Assembly (NCBI GenBank): GCA_023334545.1
Contig: JAADVB010000096.1
Span: forward strand, 1-61,730
Origin: Salisapilia sapeloensis CBS 127946
Lineage: Eukaryota; Protista; Oomycota
Reading direction: 5' to 3'
Length of the DNA: 61,730 nt
Positions 1 to 10,889 of the stretch are shown piece after piece. The translations under genes were made by a program, and so were the position numbers. Every line of letters begins with the position of its first letter. The stretch's first letter is position 1. The notes beneath the pieces were generated by a model, which saw only the letters and a list, made by a program, of their open reading frames with translations, was not told where the DNA came from and did not search any database.

Positions 1-1
1 G

Positions 2-76
2 AGTCATCTTAGCGCAAGCGATGTGGATGTGGAAGACAAAGAGGAAGACGGAGAGATTTTCGACATGGAGCTATGA
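2..76 (+). CDS. 3' end of an upstream gene (partial, acidic C-terminus)
   Basis: Frame 2 reads SHLSASDVDVEDKEEDGEIFDMEL-TGA; truncated by the window edge. Confidence 0.45.
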   Translation, partial: SHLSASDVDVEDKEEDGEIFDMEL

Positions 77-506
77 ATGTCGTCCACGCTACAATATATT
101 TAAACCTTGAATCATCTTATCTTCGTTCGGCGCGTTCTAGTCGCTAGCTCCATCTCCATACCACCTAATAGTACCCATAGAGTCATTCAACCGATGGAAG
201 GAGACTTCTATCTAATCTGCGAGTCACCCTTTTCTTATTCAAACGAATATTCGGAAGCTGTGATGTAGTATTTTCAGTTGACGCTGTCGCAGGTAGAATG
301 AAGTGGAAATTATCCACCGATCTTTAACGAGCGAACTCATCTATGTGTCGCACAGGTAAAACGAATCCGTCGCTCCACCATTCGGTTGAGTGGTAACCCA
401 GCGAGTACGTCTGTCCAAGACCAGGCATACAAATATCAAGTATAATAGCACTCGACGTTTTCCGCCAATCAATCAAGTTACAGAGTAGTAAAGTCGAGCA
501 GCAGTG

Positions 507-1595
507 ATGGCGGACCGAGACCACGCTCCAGAGGAGATTGCTTGCGAAGACGACGTCTTTGACTTGGCATTCCACCCAACGCACGACTTTGTTGCCTTCG
601 GAACGATCTCTGGTGTTGTACAAGTGTATCAGTACTCGGAAGATGAGAACAAGAAGCTGCTGGACCTACGCAATCACCAGGAAGCCATTCGTTCGCTGTA
701 CTTTGCTCCTGACGGCCAGTCACTCTTCACAGCATCTGCAGACAAGTCCATTCGTGCCTATGACACGAATGGTAATGCGACATGGGCCGAGATGCGAGCA
801 CATGACCATGCAGTGAACCGCTTATACGAGCTCTCGACCAACGTCTTTGCTAGTGGAGATGACATGGGTACAGTCAAGATTTGGGATACTCGGCAACATC
901 AGTGCGTAGCGACTTGGAAGGAGCATGAGGACTTCATCTCCGGCTTCGCGACGAATCCAGCTAACGATACGCTCTTGTCCACGGGTGGAGACGGCCGACT
1001 AACAGCTTACGATCTACGCAAGAACGAGAAAATCGGCAAGAGTGATGAGCTGGATGACGAGCTATTATCTGTCTCCGTTATCAAGAACGGCCGAAAGATT
1101 GTTTGCGGATCTCAGGACGGTGTCCTCGTCATCTTTAGTTGGGGTACGTGGGGAGACATGTCCGATCGATTCCCTGGTCACCCAGACTCGGTCGATGCAT
1201 TGCTAAAGGTAGACGAAGATACAGTCCTGACAGGATCTAGTGATGGTCTCATCCGCATCGTCCAGATCCAACAGAGCAAGCTACTGGGTGTACTCGGTCA
1301 CCACGAGCACTTCCCGGTGGAAGAAATGGCATTCTCGAGAGACCAGCGGCTCGTGGGCAGTATCTCCCACACGAGCAAAGTACATTTCTGGGACGTAGGC
1401 TTCTTATATGACGAAGACGACGGTGAGGACGAAGAGGTGGAAGACGGAGAACCGGTGCCGATGGACATGGAGATGACCGTGGCAGACGAGAGCGACAGCT
1501 CGGACTCAGACGATGAAGAGTTCATGTCTGCCAACCACGGTGGTGGACGACAACGCATGCCTACTCGAAACGAGCTCTTCTTTTCCGACCTCTAG
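507..1595 (+). CDS. WDR55: WD repeat protein 55 (Jip5-like ribosome biogenesis factor)
   Basis: WD40 repeats with DLAFHP, GDDMGTVKIWD, HEDFIS, DELLS, FPGHPDSVD and GHHEHFPVE, followed by an acidic tail ending FFSDL; intronless. Confidence 0.9.
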   Translation: MADRDHAPEEIACEDDVFDLAFHPTHDFVAFGTISGVVQVYQYSEDENKKLLDLRNHQEAIRSLYFAPDGQSLFTASADKSIRAYDTNGNATWAEMRAHDHAVNRLYELSTNVFASGDDMGTVKIWDTRQHQCVATWKEHEDFISGFATNPANDTLLSTGGDGRLTAYDLRKNEKIGKSDELDDELLSVSVIKNGRKIVCGSQDGVLVIFSWGTWGDMSDRFPGHPDSVDALLKVDEDTVLTGSSDGLIRIVQIQQSKLLGVLGHHEHFPVEEMAFSRDQRLVGSISHTSKVHFWDVGFLYDEDDGEDEEVEDGEPVPMDMEMTVADESDSSDSDDEEFMSANHGGGRQRMPTRNELFFSDL

Positions 1596-1706
1596 ACCAT
1601 AAAATGTAATTAAGTCTACTTTTGATTTTCTTAAGATGAAGCAGTCGAAATCGACTAGTAGCACATGCACTTGTTCTAAGGTTTCGCCAAATACTTGAGA
1701 AAGCTT

Positions 1707-3785
1707 CTAGTCTTTCGTTAAGTCGATGCAGCCTCGAGATGAAGTCACATCGTTCGTACCGATGCTACTACTATTGCATGCATCCAAGACATCATACTCG
1801 AGCTTGACATCCATGCCGGATGTGTGCAAGTACTCGACGATAGCTGCAGCCGATGGACGCTTCTCGGGGTTGTTTTGCATACAACATTGTGCGAGTGCCT
1901 GGATGAACGCTGGGCAAGAGCCGCTCAACGCTGGTCTTATAGTGTCGTCGACTACCATCTGAGCTACCCGTAGTGCTTCAATACCATCATCCTTTTCCTC
2001 TTGGTAAGGCAGTTCGCATGTGTCGAGCTCGGTCAAGACCACACCGAACGAGTATACATCCGTCTTGGTCGAGTAGGTGCGACATCGAATGGACTCGGGA
2101 GCCGTCCAGTACAACGTTCCAGCCACATCTGACTCCCGATCTATCGACTCGTCCGTCCTACAGCTCAGTCCAAAATCACACAACGCTGGCTCGAGCGTTT
2201 CTCCATCGATCAAGACGTTGCGAGACTTGATGTCGCGATGCACGATGGGCGGATCACAGGACTCCAAGTACGCCAATGCCTTCGCGAGACCCATGGCAAT
2301 ACGCAGCTTTTCATCTTGCCAACTCCAGTACTGTCCATTCTTCTGGAGAGCCTGCCGCAAGTCACCTCCAGTTTTGAGCTCCATAGCCATGATAAGATGA
2401 TGGAAACTATTGAAGGCCACGGCCTCAATGTGCACGATGTTCGGATGACAAAGCTTAATGGTCAGTTGGATCTCCAGTGCAAAGCGTTCAATTTCTTTCG
2501 CATCGTACTTTTTGCTTTGCACCAGCGTCTTCAAAGCCACCGGCTGATCACTCAAGTACCCAAGCGCTACTTCACCCGATGCTCCCCTCCGTAGCACCTT
2601 CTCGATTTGGATATCTACCATCGGAACTCGCTTTTCGATGATAGTACTGTCCATTTGGAAAGTCATCATGACTGGCGAAGCACTGATCACATCCGTGCAG
2701 ACAGCTGCCCTATTCTGGTCATACTCCTGTCGACTGTCTTCTTGCTGTTGATGCGACGAAGGCGTCCCGAGAGGAGTTTTATCCCAGCTTTCGTTATGTT
2801 CAGCGGAGAAATCGAGGGATGCACTGGATGGAAAGTAGGTGTTATGACAAGGATAGTCGTAATGCGTTTGCTTATGAGACACCGAGTTGCGGGTCTGCTG
2901 TTTAGATCGACGCCGTCGACGATAGACTAGATAGCCAGCAATTAGTAAGAAGGCTACGACGACGCCGAGTACAACCCACAAGACTGGAAAGGAGGAGGAC
3001 TTGGAATCGGATTGAGCGTGCTCCACGACATCATACTTTTCAAACTTCTTGAGCAACGTTTGGATCGCTGGACATGGCTTGGGTGCACACCATTCTATCT
3101 CATCCTGCGCTTGAAGACGTACGCATGGAACAATAATGTTATGACTAAATGGACAGTTGCTGCCACTCGCTTCCTCCGCTTGCATCTGGATGGAAACTAT
3201 GCCAGAAGCATGTCCAACGGCATACGGCTTCGGGATGTCTGTATTATTTTCCTCTTGCGCCCAAAACGCTCCGTTTGACGCAACTGGTATGTTTTCGGCC
3301 ACGCCACACTTGACCATGCTCGAGACTTTATTCATAGGACAGTTACTCGACCTCAAAGCGCCGTAGCAGTCGACCGATGGACAGTTATATTGCTGAAAGG
3401 CATCTCGAGAGATGACAATATCGTCCATGGTATGCCCACACTTGGTGCGAATGGAGGTCAGGTGGGAGTCATTCGTGAGCACGAAGCCGGCATTCCAAAG
3501 GAGCATTCGCTGGGAATTACCACCCAAGTCGTCCCATACAAGCGTCGTGTCCGCTAGCATCTCCATGACTTGGGACGGTGGCGAAGAGCTCAAGTGGAGC
3601 TTTGGGGCTTCGATGCCTCGACTGTAGAGTTTCGTAAAGCGCTCTGAGATCTTGGTGCCTGTGAATTCACCAAGCGGACTGAGCGCCGCGTCTCCATCGG
3701 CAGTGGAAACTGCACGTACCGAGTCGATCGTCAAGAGTAGGATCGATAGACGAGGAAAAGTTACCATGCGTATTTGCCTGTCCAA
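1707..3785 (-). CDS. Receptor-like TKL protein kinase (signal peptide, Cys-rich ectodomain, TM helix, kinase)
   Basis: Hydrophobic N-terminus, Cys-rich ectodomain, TM VLWVVLGVVVAFLLIAGYLVY followed by RRRRRSK, then VALK, HRDIKSRN, DFG, APE and DVYSFGVVL. Confidence 0.9.
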   Translation of the reverse strand: MDRQIRMVTFPRLSILLLTIDSVRAVSTADGDAALSPLGEFTGTKISERFTKLYSRGIEAPKLHLSSSPPSQVMEMLADTTLVWDDLGGNSQRMLLWNAGFVLTNDSHLTSIRTKCGHTMDDIVISRDAFQQYNCPSVDCYGALRSSNCPMNKVSSMVKCGVAENIPVASNGAFWAQEENNTDIPKPYAVGHASGIVSIQMQAEEASGSNCPFSHNIIVPCVRLQAQDEIEWCAPKPCPAIQTLLKKFEKYDVVEHAQSDSKSSSFPVLWVVLGVVVAFLLIAGYLVYRRRRRSKQQTRNSVSHKQTHYDYPCHNTYFPSSASLDFSAEHNESWDKTPLGTPSSHQQQEDSRQEYDQNRAAVCTDVISASPVMMTFQMDSTIIEKRVPMVDIQIEKVLRRGASGEVALGYLSDQPVALKTLVQSKKYDAKEIERFALEIQLTIKLCHPNIVHIEAVAFNSFHHLIMAMELKTGGDLRQALQKNGQYWSWQDEKLRIAMGLAKALAYLESCDPPIVHRDIKSRNVLIDGETLEPALCDFGLSCRTDESIDRESDVAGTLYWTAPESIRCRTYSTKTDVYSFGVVLTELDTCELPYQEEKDDGIEALRVAQMVVDDTIRPALSGSCPAFIQALAQCCMQNNPEKRPSAAAIVEYLHTSGMDVKLEYDVLDACNSSSIGTNDVTSSRGCIDLTKD

Positions 3786-4230
3786 GTGTGGCTGTACGAG
3801 CGATCGTGTACCTCAACTAGATTGTCTGACGACTGCGCGAGCAAGCAGCTTGGCCGCCCCTACACTTGGATTCATTTAAAAGACCAGTTATCTCGCCAAA
3901 CTTTCTACGCCTCTCTAACGACCGACAGTCAAGCTCGACCGCCAGCCATTACTTTGCATCTACGTTTCGGCTACATGCCACAAGCTTCCAACTTGCTCTT
4001 TCTTCTACTTATGCTCTGCACTGTATTCCGTTCGATCAAGGCTGTCGCGCCAGTCCACCGTCCAGGTAGAATCGTTGCCACCTGGGATTCACAGCCACAC
4101 GTAACGGTCCATTTTATTTGACAGGTGGCCCATCCTTCCGACAAGTCGTACTCAGTCAGGTAGAGAAGAGAGGAAGAGAAGAGCGCATTAGTTGATACTT
4201 AGATCCTTGCAACAGGTAGCTGGTAAATCC

Positions 4231-5081
4231 ATGGAGACGAAACCGACCGAATCCCTTTCGCTGGAAGAGCTCTCTCTCCTCGATGAGCGCAAGACTGAGC
4301 TCAAGGATGAGCATCGAGAGTACCTGGCTCAGCACCCAGAGATCAAGACCATGCTTAGTTCCTTCATGTCCTCTCTCCTTTTTGAAAAACCAGAGGACAT
4401 CGTTAACTTTGCAGTCCGACACTTTTCCACGTACAAGCCGGAATATGGCGAGGTACTCGCCCATTCTTTCCATGACAACTTCTCTATTTGACTTTTTTCT
4501 AGCTAGAACCGCTTGTCGTCGCCGGTCCGTCCGGTGTGGGCAAAGGGACGCTCGTGAAAAAGCTCTTGGACAAGTATCCTGACGCCTTTGGCTTCTCCGT
4601 CAGCCACACGACAAGAGGACCTCGACCAGGCGAGGAGGACGGTGTAAACTACCACTTCACGACGATGGACAAGGTCCAGCAAGATATTGCCGACAACCTC
4701 TTTTTGGAGCACGCCAACGTCCATGGGAACGTCTATGGCACGAGCAAGAAGTCGGTGCAGGACGTGCAGGCGCAAGGCAAAATCTGTCTGCTGGAGATTG
4801 ACATGCAAGGAGTAGAGCAAGTCAAGGCGTCCGGTACGCCTGCCAAGTTCCTATTCATTGCACCTCCGTCTATGGAAGAGCTGGAGAAGAGGTTGCGTGG
4901 ACGAGGAACCGAGACAGAAGAGAAGATCGCATTGCGATTGAAAAACGCTAGGGAAGAAGTCGCGTACGGCGAAAAGCCCGGTGCGTTCGATGGCACGGTG
5001 ATCAACACGACCATCGACGAAGCCTTCCGTCAACTCGTCACTACGCTCAAGGCTTGGTACCCCAAGCTCAAGCTAGACTAG
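4231..5081 (+). CDS. Guanylate kinase with N-terminal RIIa/Dpy-30-like (CATIP C-terminal-like) docking domain; 2 exons
   Basis: Exon 4231-4452, GT-AG intron 4453-4502, exon 4503-5081 join in frame. This restores the P-loop VVAGPSGVGKGT; SVSHTTRGPRPGE and HGNVYGT motifs follow. Confidence 0.9.
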
Positions 5082-5593
5082 GCCGAGTCTGAGAGAGAAT
5101 TCAACTGCCAGATTGTAGCTTTGGTACATAAGATTGTCCAACATGGTATTCTTTATCCAGGAGGTTAAGCATGCTCTAAAAAGTTTTTAGAAGCCTTGTA
5201 GATGTCTTGAATAGTCTAGATATGCTGGTAGCGTGTACTAGAATTATACAGGAATGGATACTACAGGTTACTTTGTATGTTATGAGCATCGGCATGCATT
5301 CTAGACTACAATAACACAATCAACTTTGAAAACAGCAAAGTATTGATGCTATCCTTATGCTAGGGATGCATATAAGCAGGAAATGGATAACCGACAGCAT
5401 GCAGCTCAAGGTGGAAGCCAAGTCGCGCCATGACAGTATCAATATGTATAAGATACGAATCTATATTACCCAATTATATAATTGTATCGATATAATGCAC
5501 GAACCACGGAGTAGCTATGGATTTTTACTACAAAACCGACAGTAAGCATCCGAGTAAGGTGAGCTGGACATTCGGACGTACGTAGCAAGCAGC

Positions 5594-7083
5594 ATGGAGA
5601 TCATTGATGAAGATACGCTTTCGAGCATGAAGGTATGTACCTTTGTTTCTTCCAGTGCAAATTTCAGCTCTTTAAAATCACTTTGATACGGCTTCATGCC
5701 GACATTGAAACTGTGCAGGTGAAGGACCTTCAGAAGGAGCTCAAGCAGCGTGATTTACCTACTGCTGGATTAAAAGCAGTCTTGCAGCAACGTCTGCGAG
5801 ATCATTTTGAACAGATTGCAGCAAACAAAGGCGCCGAGGTAGTATATGCTACAAGCTACAGAGGTGACCATTGACCAAATCCCGTATGCATCCTAGGAAG
5901 AACCATCGAAAGAGCCAGCAGAAGTCAATGCTGATGAACCAAGTGCACAGTCTCCACCTAACGTGGAAGAAGAGAAGCTAAATTTGACACCAATAAAAGA
6001 CAGCTCAGGCGAAAACAAAGCAGACAAGGATAAAAGCAGTGATAAAGCAAACACGAGCGATGCTAAATCGGACGACCAAAGTACCCAGGAACAAGAAGGT
6101 AGTACAGAGGAGAAGCCACTTGTGAAAGACTCGAGTGCAGAAGCCAGCTCTTCATCCAAGCGAAAGGAATTGGACGAAGACAATGATGCCCAAGACCCAC
6201 CAGCGAAGCGAATCAAGTTGGATAGTCAAGCCGATGACCAGGTGCGTCATCTACATCTTACTCCTTACAAATACATAAAAAACTAATGTCTTATTGCAGG
6301 AGATGACGAGTCCAAGTGCTGATGAGTACTTCTACATGGCATACCTCGGTCCATCCTTTGATAACATGATGCACGCGTAGAGAGAAAGACGTCGCCACAG
6401 AGACATTGCGTATAGATAACTTTTTACGTCCATTCACATTAACTGCAGCAAAGGTAAGCAACCATAGTGATACCTCGCATACCATGTTACATAGACTTAT
6501 CCATCTTATAACTAGGAACTGGTACAAACAATCGCTCCATGCGTCGAAGACGGATTCTGGATGGATGCCATCAAGACCCACTGCTTTGTCACATATGCTT
6601 CAGTAGACACGGTACGTCCATCTCGTCTTGTAGTCATTAACAAGCCACAGACCAAGTACTTACATCGTCTACAGGCAGTCGCGACAAAAGAAGCGCTTGA
6701 TGGACGCGTATGGCCAGCTCAGAACGGACAAGCCTTAAGCGTAACTTTCTCCAAGTACCCTGCTTACGAGGTACATCATTCTCCTAAACTATGCTTATTC
6801 CTCTCTAAACATATCCTTCTAGGCAGAGAAGAGACTTTCGGAAAATAAGAACAAGGACACATCCGTTGCCGATCCTCCAGCATCCACTACCCCAAAAGAC
6901 ACCAGCAGCGAAACCAAGCCCACAGTCATGTCACTCGACCGTTTCTTCCGCAAGACAGAGACCAAACCAGTCTTGTACTACCTGCCGCTCACAGACGACC
7001 AGATCGCACAGAAGAAACGAAAGAACCAACAGCGAAAGCGCGGACGGCGTCGACAGCGCAAGATGAACAAGAAAGTCAACTGA
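5594..7083 (+). CDS. ACIN1: Acinus-like protein (SAP domain, RRM, RSB motif); multi-exon
   Basis: SAP VKDLQKELKQRDLPTAGLKAVLQQRL; RRM pieces LRIDNFLRPFT and WMDAIKTHCFVTY; RSB LDRFFRKTETKPVLYYLPLT; several short GT-AG introns; TGA at 7081. Confidence 0.85.
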
Positions 7084-7132
7084 CCTAGGCAAGGTAAAAA
7101 ATAAATGAGTTTGCTTTGGTTATCGACGTCTC

Positions 7133-10100
7133 CTACAGCTCAAACGCCACATCCATGTTCGTATCCAGCACGTTGCGTTCCAGTCGCAGCTTGGCATCAT
7201 ATAGCAGCGTCCTGCTCGTTCGAAACTGTCGGTGCGTATCCTGCTGCTGGAAAATGCGCAACAACGTGCGTACAGCACACAGCACTTCCGTCGTCGTCAC
7301 AGGACTCGCGTCATGGGCGTCTCCACCACCATTCGAACAGTACACTCCATCTTCATCCGAGACAACTTGTCTGTTTGCTTGTGGATGCGCATAGCTAGCT
7401 TCCTCCGCGCTCTTGCACACGCGATGCAAATTATGGTATACCCAGTCATAGAAAAAGTCGGCAGACTTGTCCTGCACCGCTTGCCACACGACCAGATCGT
7501 CTTCGCGTGTCGCTAGATAAATTAAGTGGATGATCGAGAAGCTTAGCTGCGTTTCCAGTTGCTCCTTGTACTTGAACTCGGTCACGTCCTTGAGACTCGA
7601 CGCCGACTCGACCGCATCCAACACGCAGCGCAGTGCAGTGGGGAAGATCGAACCGTACGCGTCTCGCGTCGGTGGCACTCGAAGCGCACTCGCAGCGCTG
7701 ATGCGTACTTTAAAGTTCTCTTGCTGCTCAATGGCATCCAGCAGTGCTCGGAAGACGGATGGTGCCCACGAGCTAGAGGCGATTGGCAGCTCCGGACAGA
7801 GAAGCACCTTGGCGATAGCGTAGCAGGCATTCCAACGAACCTTTGGTGAGCCCAGTGCGACTTTTTTCGCCAGCACACGCATCGATTTCGCCAGCAAATC
7901 ATCAAAGTCACGCAGTCGCTTCGACGCTATGGTGGCGCGGAAGGCTGGGTAGTACACCCAGCGATTGACTAGACCAAGCGTGCGGGCGACACTCGATGCC
8001 ACCTTGTCATTGTCGTTAATGTACTGCAACATCGTCTCCGTCACGCGCAACATGATCGCGGGAGTCAAGAGGTCGTACAGAGCTGCCGATGATTGCTCCT
8101 CCAGCATCTCTGGCTCCACCGACTGTAACGCCTCCGGTCCGATTGTTGTGCAGACATTACCCAACGACCACGCAGCTCGCACACGGACATTGAGCGTGCT
8201 ATCTCCAAAGGCATCCAGCATTAAATTGACCACGTCTTCCGCAAACGCAGACGTCTTGAACGGTGGCATCAGATACAGCGACCCGAGGAGTCTACAACCG
8301 GCTGCACGGACGACAGGCGAGCTATCATTTGGCGTCTCGAGGAACAAGCGCTTGTACGATTCGATCGACCGAGATGGTGCCTTGGTCTGCGCTGTCGCCA
8401 GTCGACTCTGCTGTCGACTCAACTGCTGCCAGTCGTGCGCCGTCAGCAGCGTAAAGCAGGAGCAGACACTCGCGCGGACGTGGTGAGAACTATCATGGAA
8501 TGCGCGGATGAGGTGTGCGGCCATAAATGTCAGGCAGTCACTCCGAGCAGCTTTCCGAGGCGTCACCGACAGCCGCTGCACTTTGCCAGCTACAGCCGAT
8601 GCGAACGAGTCTGCTTCACGCTTCGTAGATGTTACGACGTCGCGTCCATCGCTACTCTCATCGCCATGGCAGTCGGCGCGCAAGTAATTCTCCAAGACCT
8701 TGACTGCTTGCAGACGGACGTTCGGGTCGGAGTCCTGGAAGGCAGCAAGCAAGAAGCTGGCCACTTGCGACCACAGCACACTCACAGCAGAAGCATAATT
8801 CTTCGCTACTTTCCCCAGCAACGAAATGGCTTCCAGACGCAGCAACGCTCGATGCGACTCTCGACTCTGCGAAGCCTGGCGCAGCAGCTCCTCGACAAAA
8901 CACTTGCGCACTGGTGGGACGTGGCCGCAGTGCACACGACAGTGCGTCACGTCCATGGCCGTCCGACCGTCCATGGGTGTCGTCATCCATTGCAACAGCG
9001 GCGGGAGTTGACTCTGGATGTTCAGCAGAGCCGAGAGAGCGGCCAGCGCCAGCGAACGCACCTCGTGGACAGGGGACATAGTGATGAAGTACAGGCACGA
9101 AGCTAGTCGTTGGAGCAAGTCGCCCAGACTCGGCTCAAAGTCGCTGCCGTCGAGAACCACCGCGACGCTGGCGTACGGACAGTGCTGTATCACAGCCGTC
9201 ACCGCTTTGACAATATGCGTCAGCGTATCGTCGCTACGCTCGTGCTGGACGCTATAGACTAACGCTGCGTGCACTTGGTACAACACGAGCGACATACGCT
9301 TGGGCATCGATGCAAACGACGTGGAAGGCGCCACGAGGCTCGAAGCATGCCGAAAGTATTGCTTCATCGGTACTTTGCTCCAGAACGCTTCGAGGAACTT
9401 GGCAGCAGACGCACGAACCTTGTCGGCTGGATCGGCCACGAGCAAAGTCAGCACCGACGGCGCGCCCTGGAACAGCGTCATGCACGGCGTCGACTGCTCT
9501 GGCAAGTACCTCCCCATGGACAGCGTCACTTGGTCTGGAAAGAACTTGGACATGGTCTCGAGCGTCTGCAGCACGATGCTCCGTAGACGTGGCGCCAGTG
9601 CGCCTGGACTACAGGCTCCTTCGCCATCTCGACTCGTCCCGGACGAGCTATCCGAGTCGTAACCAGGCAGCTTCTCTTTCGGCACGAGCTGCATGCCTTC
9701 GCTATTGTTATCAGAGCGCAAGTCGACGCCAAAGCCGAGCACTTGGCGCATCGAGTCGAGGAGGCCAGGCAAGCTGCTACGAATGCGGTCTTGTAGGTCG
9801 GCGTGCTGGCTACCGACGATCGCGTGGAGGCAGTTGAGACTACCAAGGCAAGCCTTGACCAGCACTCGGTCCGTGTACTCGCGTTCCGTCGACAGCGTTA
9901 GCGCTTGCTGGCGAAAGTTTTCACTCACGAGTCGTAGCAACGAGGAAAAGATACGGCGAGCTTCCGGCACCCGCGTATAGTGCGGACAGAGGTTGCTCAG
10001 ACAAGTTGTGGCAGCATATCGTGCGTCAATGTCGACGCCTGCTGGATCAAGCGACTGTAAAACGATCGTAATGACGTTCTGCAGATCCGTCGAGGAAACG

Positions 10101-10558
10101 TACTCTGCATGACCGTACAGCACGACACCCAACGCACGCAGTGTATTCGCGACATACCAAGCCGAACACTTGTCTAGGAAAGCGAGAAGAAAGTGGACGA
10201 CTCGATGGAGCTCTTCCGGAGAAAACTTGACCTTGTCCTTGAGGCAGCACGTCTGGACGAACCGCGCGAGCTCCGAGCCGAGCAAGTCCGAGTGCACTGG
10301 CAACACTTGTATGAGCAGCGTCATCATCGCCGCGAGTTCTTCCGCTCGGATGCGCGGATTCGGTAGCGACAAGCGATTCAGTTCCTGCAAAATTTCTTCC
10401 AAGTCCACGCTCGTGAGCTCCGGGTGGGCGACGTCGCGCTGCACGCGGTCGCGCAGTTGCGTCCAGAGCGCGCGATCTCGACTATGCGCACCTAGCGTCC
10501 ATCCGTTATTGGGCGGTCTCGTGACCGGCGTCGGCAACGCTTTCGAAGTACCGACCAT
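7133..10558 (-). CDS. HEATR6: HEAT repeat-containing protein 6-like
   Basis: Long helical ORF with NVRVRAAWSLGN, NDKVASSVARTLG, KVRWNACYAI and NFKVRISAASAL. Likely start MVGTSK at 10558; the open frame extends to 10738. Confidence 0.8.
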   Translation of the reverse strand: MVGTSKALPTPVTRPPNNGWTLGAHSRDRALWTQLRDRVQRDVAHPELTSVDLEEILQELNRLSLPNPRIRAEELAAMMTLLIQVLPVHSDLLGSELARFVQTCCLKDKVKFSPEELHRVVHFLLAFLDKCSAWYVANTLRALGVVLYGHAEYVSSTDLQNVITIVLQSLDPAGVDIDARYAATTCLSNLCPHYTRVPEARRIFSSLLRLVSENFRQQALTLSTEREYTDRVLVKACLGSLNCLHAIVGSQHADLQDRIRSSLPGLLDSMRQVLGFGVDLRSDNNSEGMQLVPKEKLPGYDSDSSSGTSRDGEGACSPGALAPRLRSIVLQTLETMSKFFPDQVTLSMGRYLPEQSTPCMTLFQGAPSVLTLLVADPADKVRASAAKFLEAFWSKVPMKQYFRHASSLVAPSTSFASMPKRMSLVLYQVHAALVYSVQHERSDDTLTHIVKAVTAVIQHCPYASVAVVLDGSDFEPSLGDLLQRLASCLYFITMSPVHEVRSLALAALSALLNIQSQLPPLLQWMTTPMDGRTAMDVTHCRVHCGHVPPVRKCFVEELLRQASQSRESHRALLRLEAISLLGKVAKNYASAVSVLWSQVASFLLAAFQDSDPNVRLQAVKVLENYLRADCHGDESSDGRDVVTSTKREADSFASAVAGKVQRLSVTPRKAARSDCLTFMAAHLIRAFHDSSHHVRASVCSCFTLLTAHDWQQLSRQQSRLATAQTKAPSRSIESYKRLFLETPNDSSPVVRAAGCRLLGSLYLMPPFKTSAFAEDVVNLMLDAFGDSTLNVRVRAAWSLGNVCTTIGPEALQSVEPEMLEEQSSAALYDLLTPAIMLRVTETMLQYINDNDKVASSVARTLGLVNRWVYYPAFRATIASKRLRDFDDLLAKSMRVLAKKVALGSPKVRWNACYAIAKVLLCPELPIASSSWAPSVFRALLDAIEQQENFKVRISAASALRVPPTRDAYGSIFPTALRCVLDAVESASSLKDVTEFKYKEQLETQLSFSIIHLIYLATREDDLVVWQAVQDKSADFFYDWVYHNLHRVCKSAEEASYAHPQANRQVVSDEDGVYCSNGGGDAHDASPVTTTEVLCAVRTLLRIFQQQDTHRQFRTSRTLLYDAKLRLERNVLDTNMDVAFEL

Positions 10559-10889
10559 GGCGCCTTCGTCTCGAAGACGAAAATGCAAGACTGCTACCGT
10601 TGGGAGGCTCTCGTCGAGACGCAGCTGCCGGCCAGTTCGTCGCAAGACGCTAACCGTCTTCTGCCGTCCGTTCCCACAAGTGCTCACGTCCGAGTCCAAC
10701 CGCACTCGGCAGTATACGCAAGTCGTTAGTCTTACCACGGAACAGCACGTACGCGAATGGACGAACTGTCAAGACACGTCGTCTTCTATCTACCTCCATC
10801 AAACAGTCCGTGGAAGACATGTCGAGACTAGCTAAAATATCACAACTAGGTCCATGGGCATGCAAAGAACTTTATTAAGAAAAACAACT

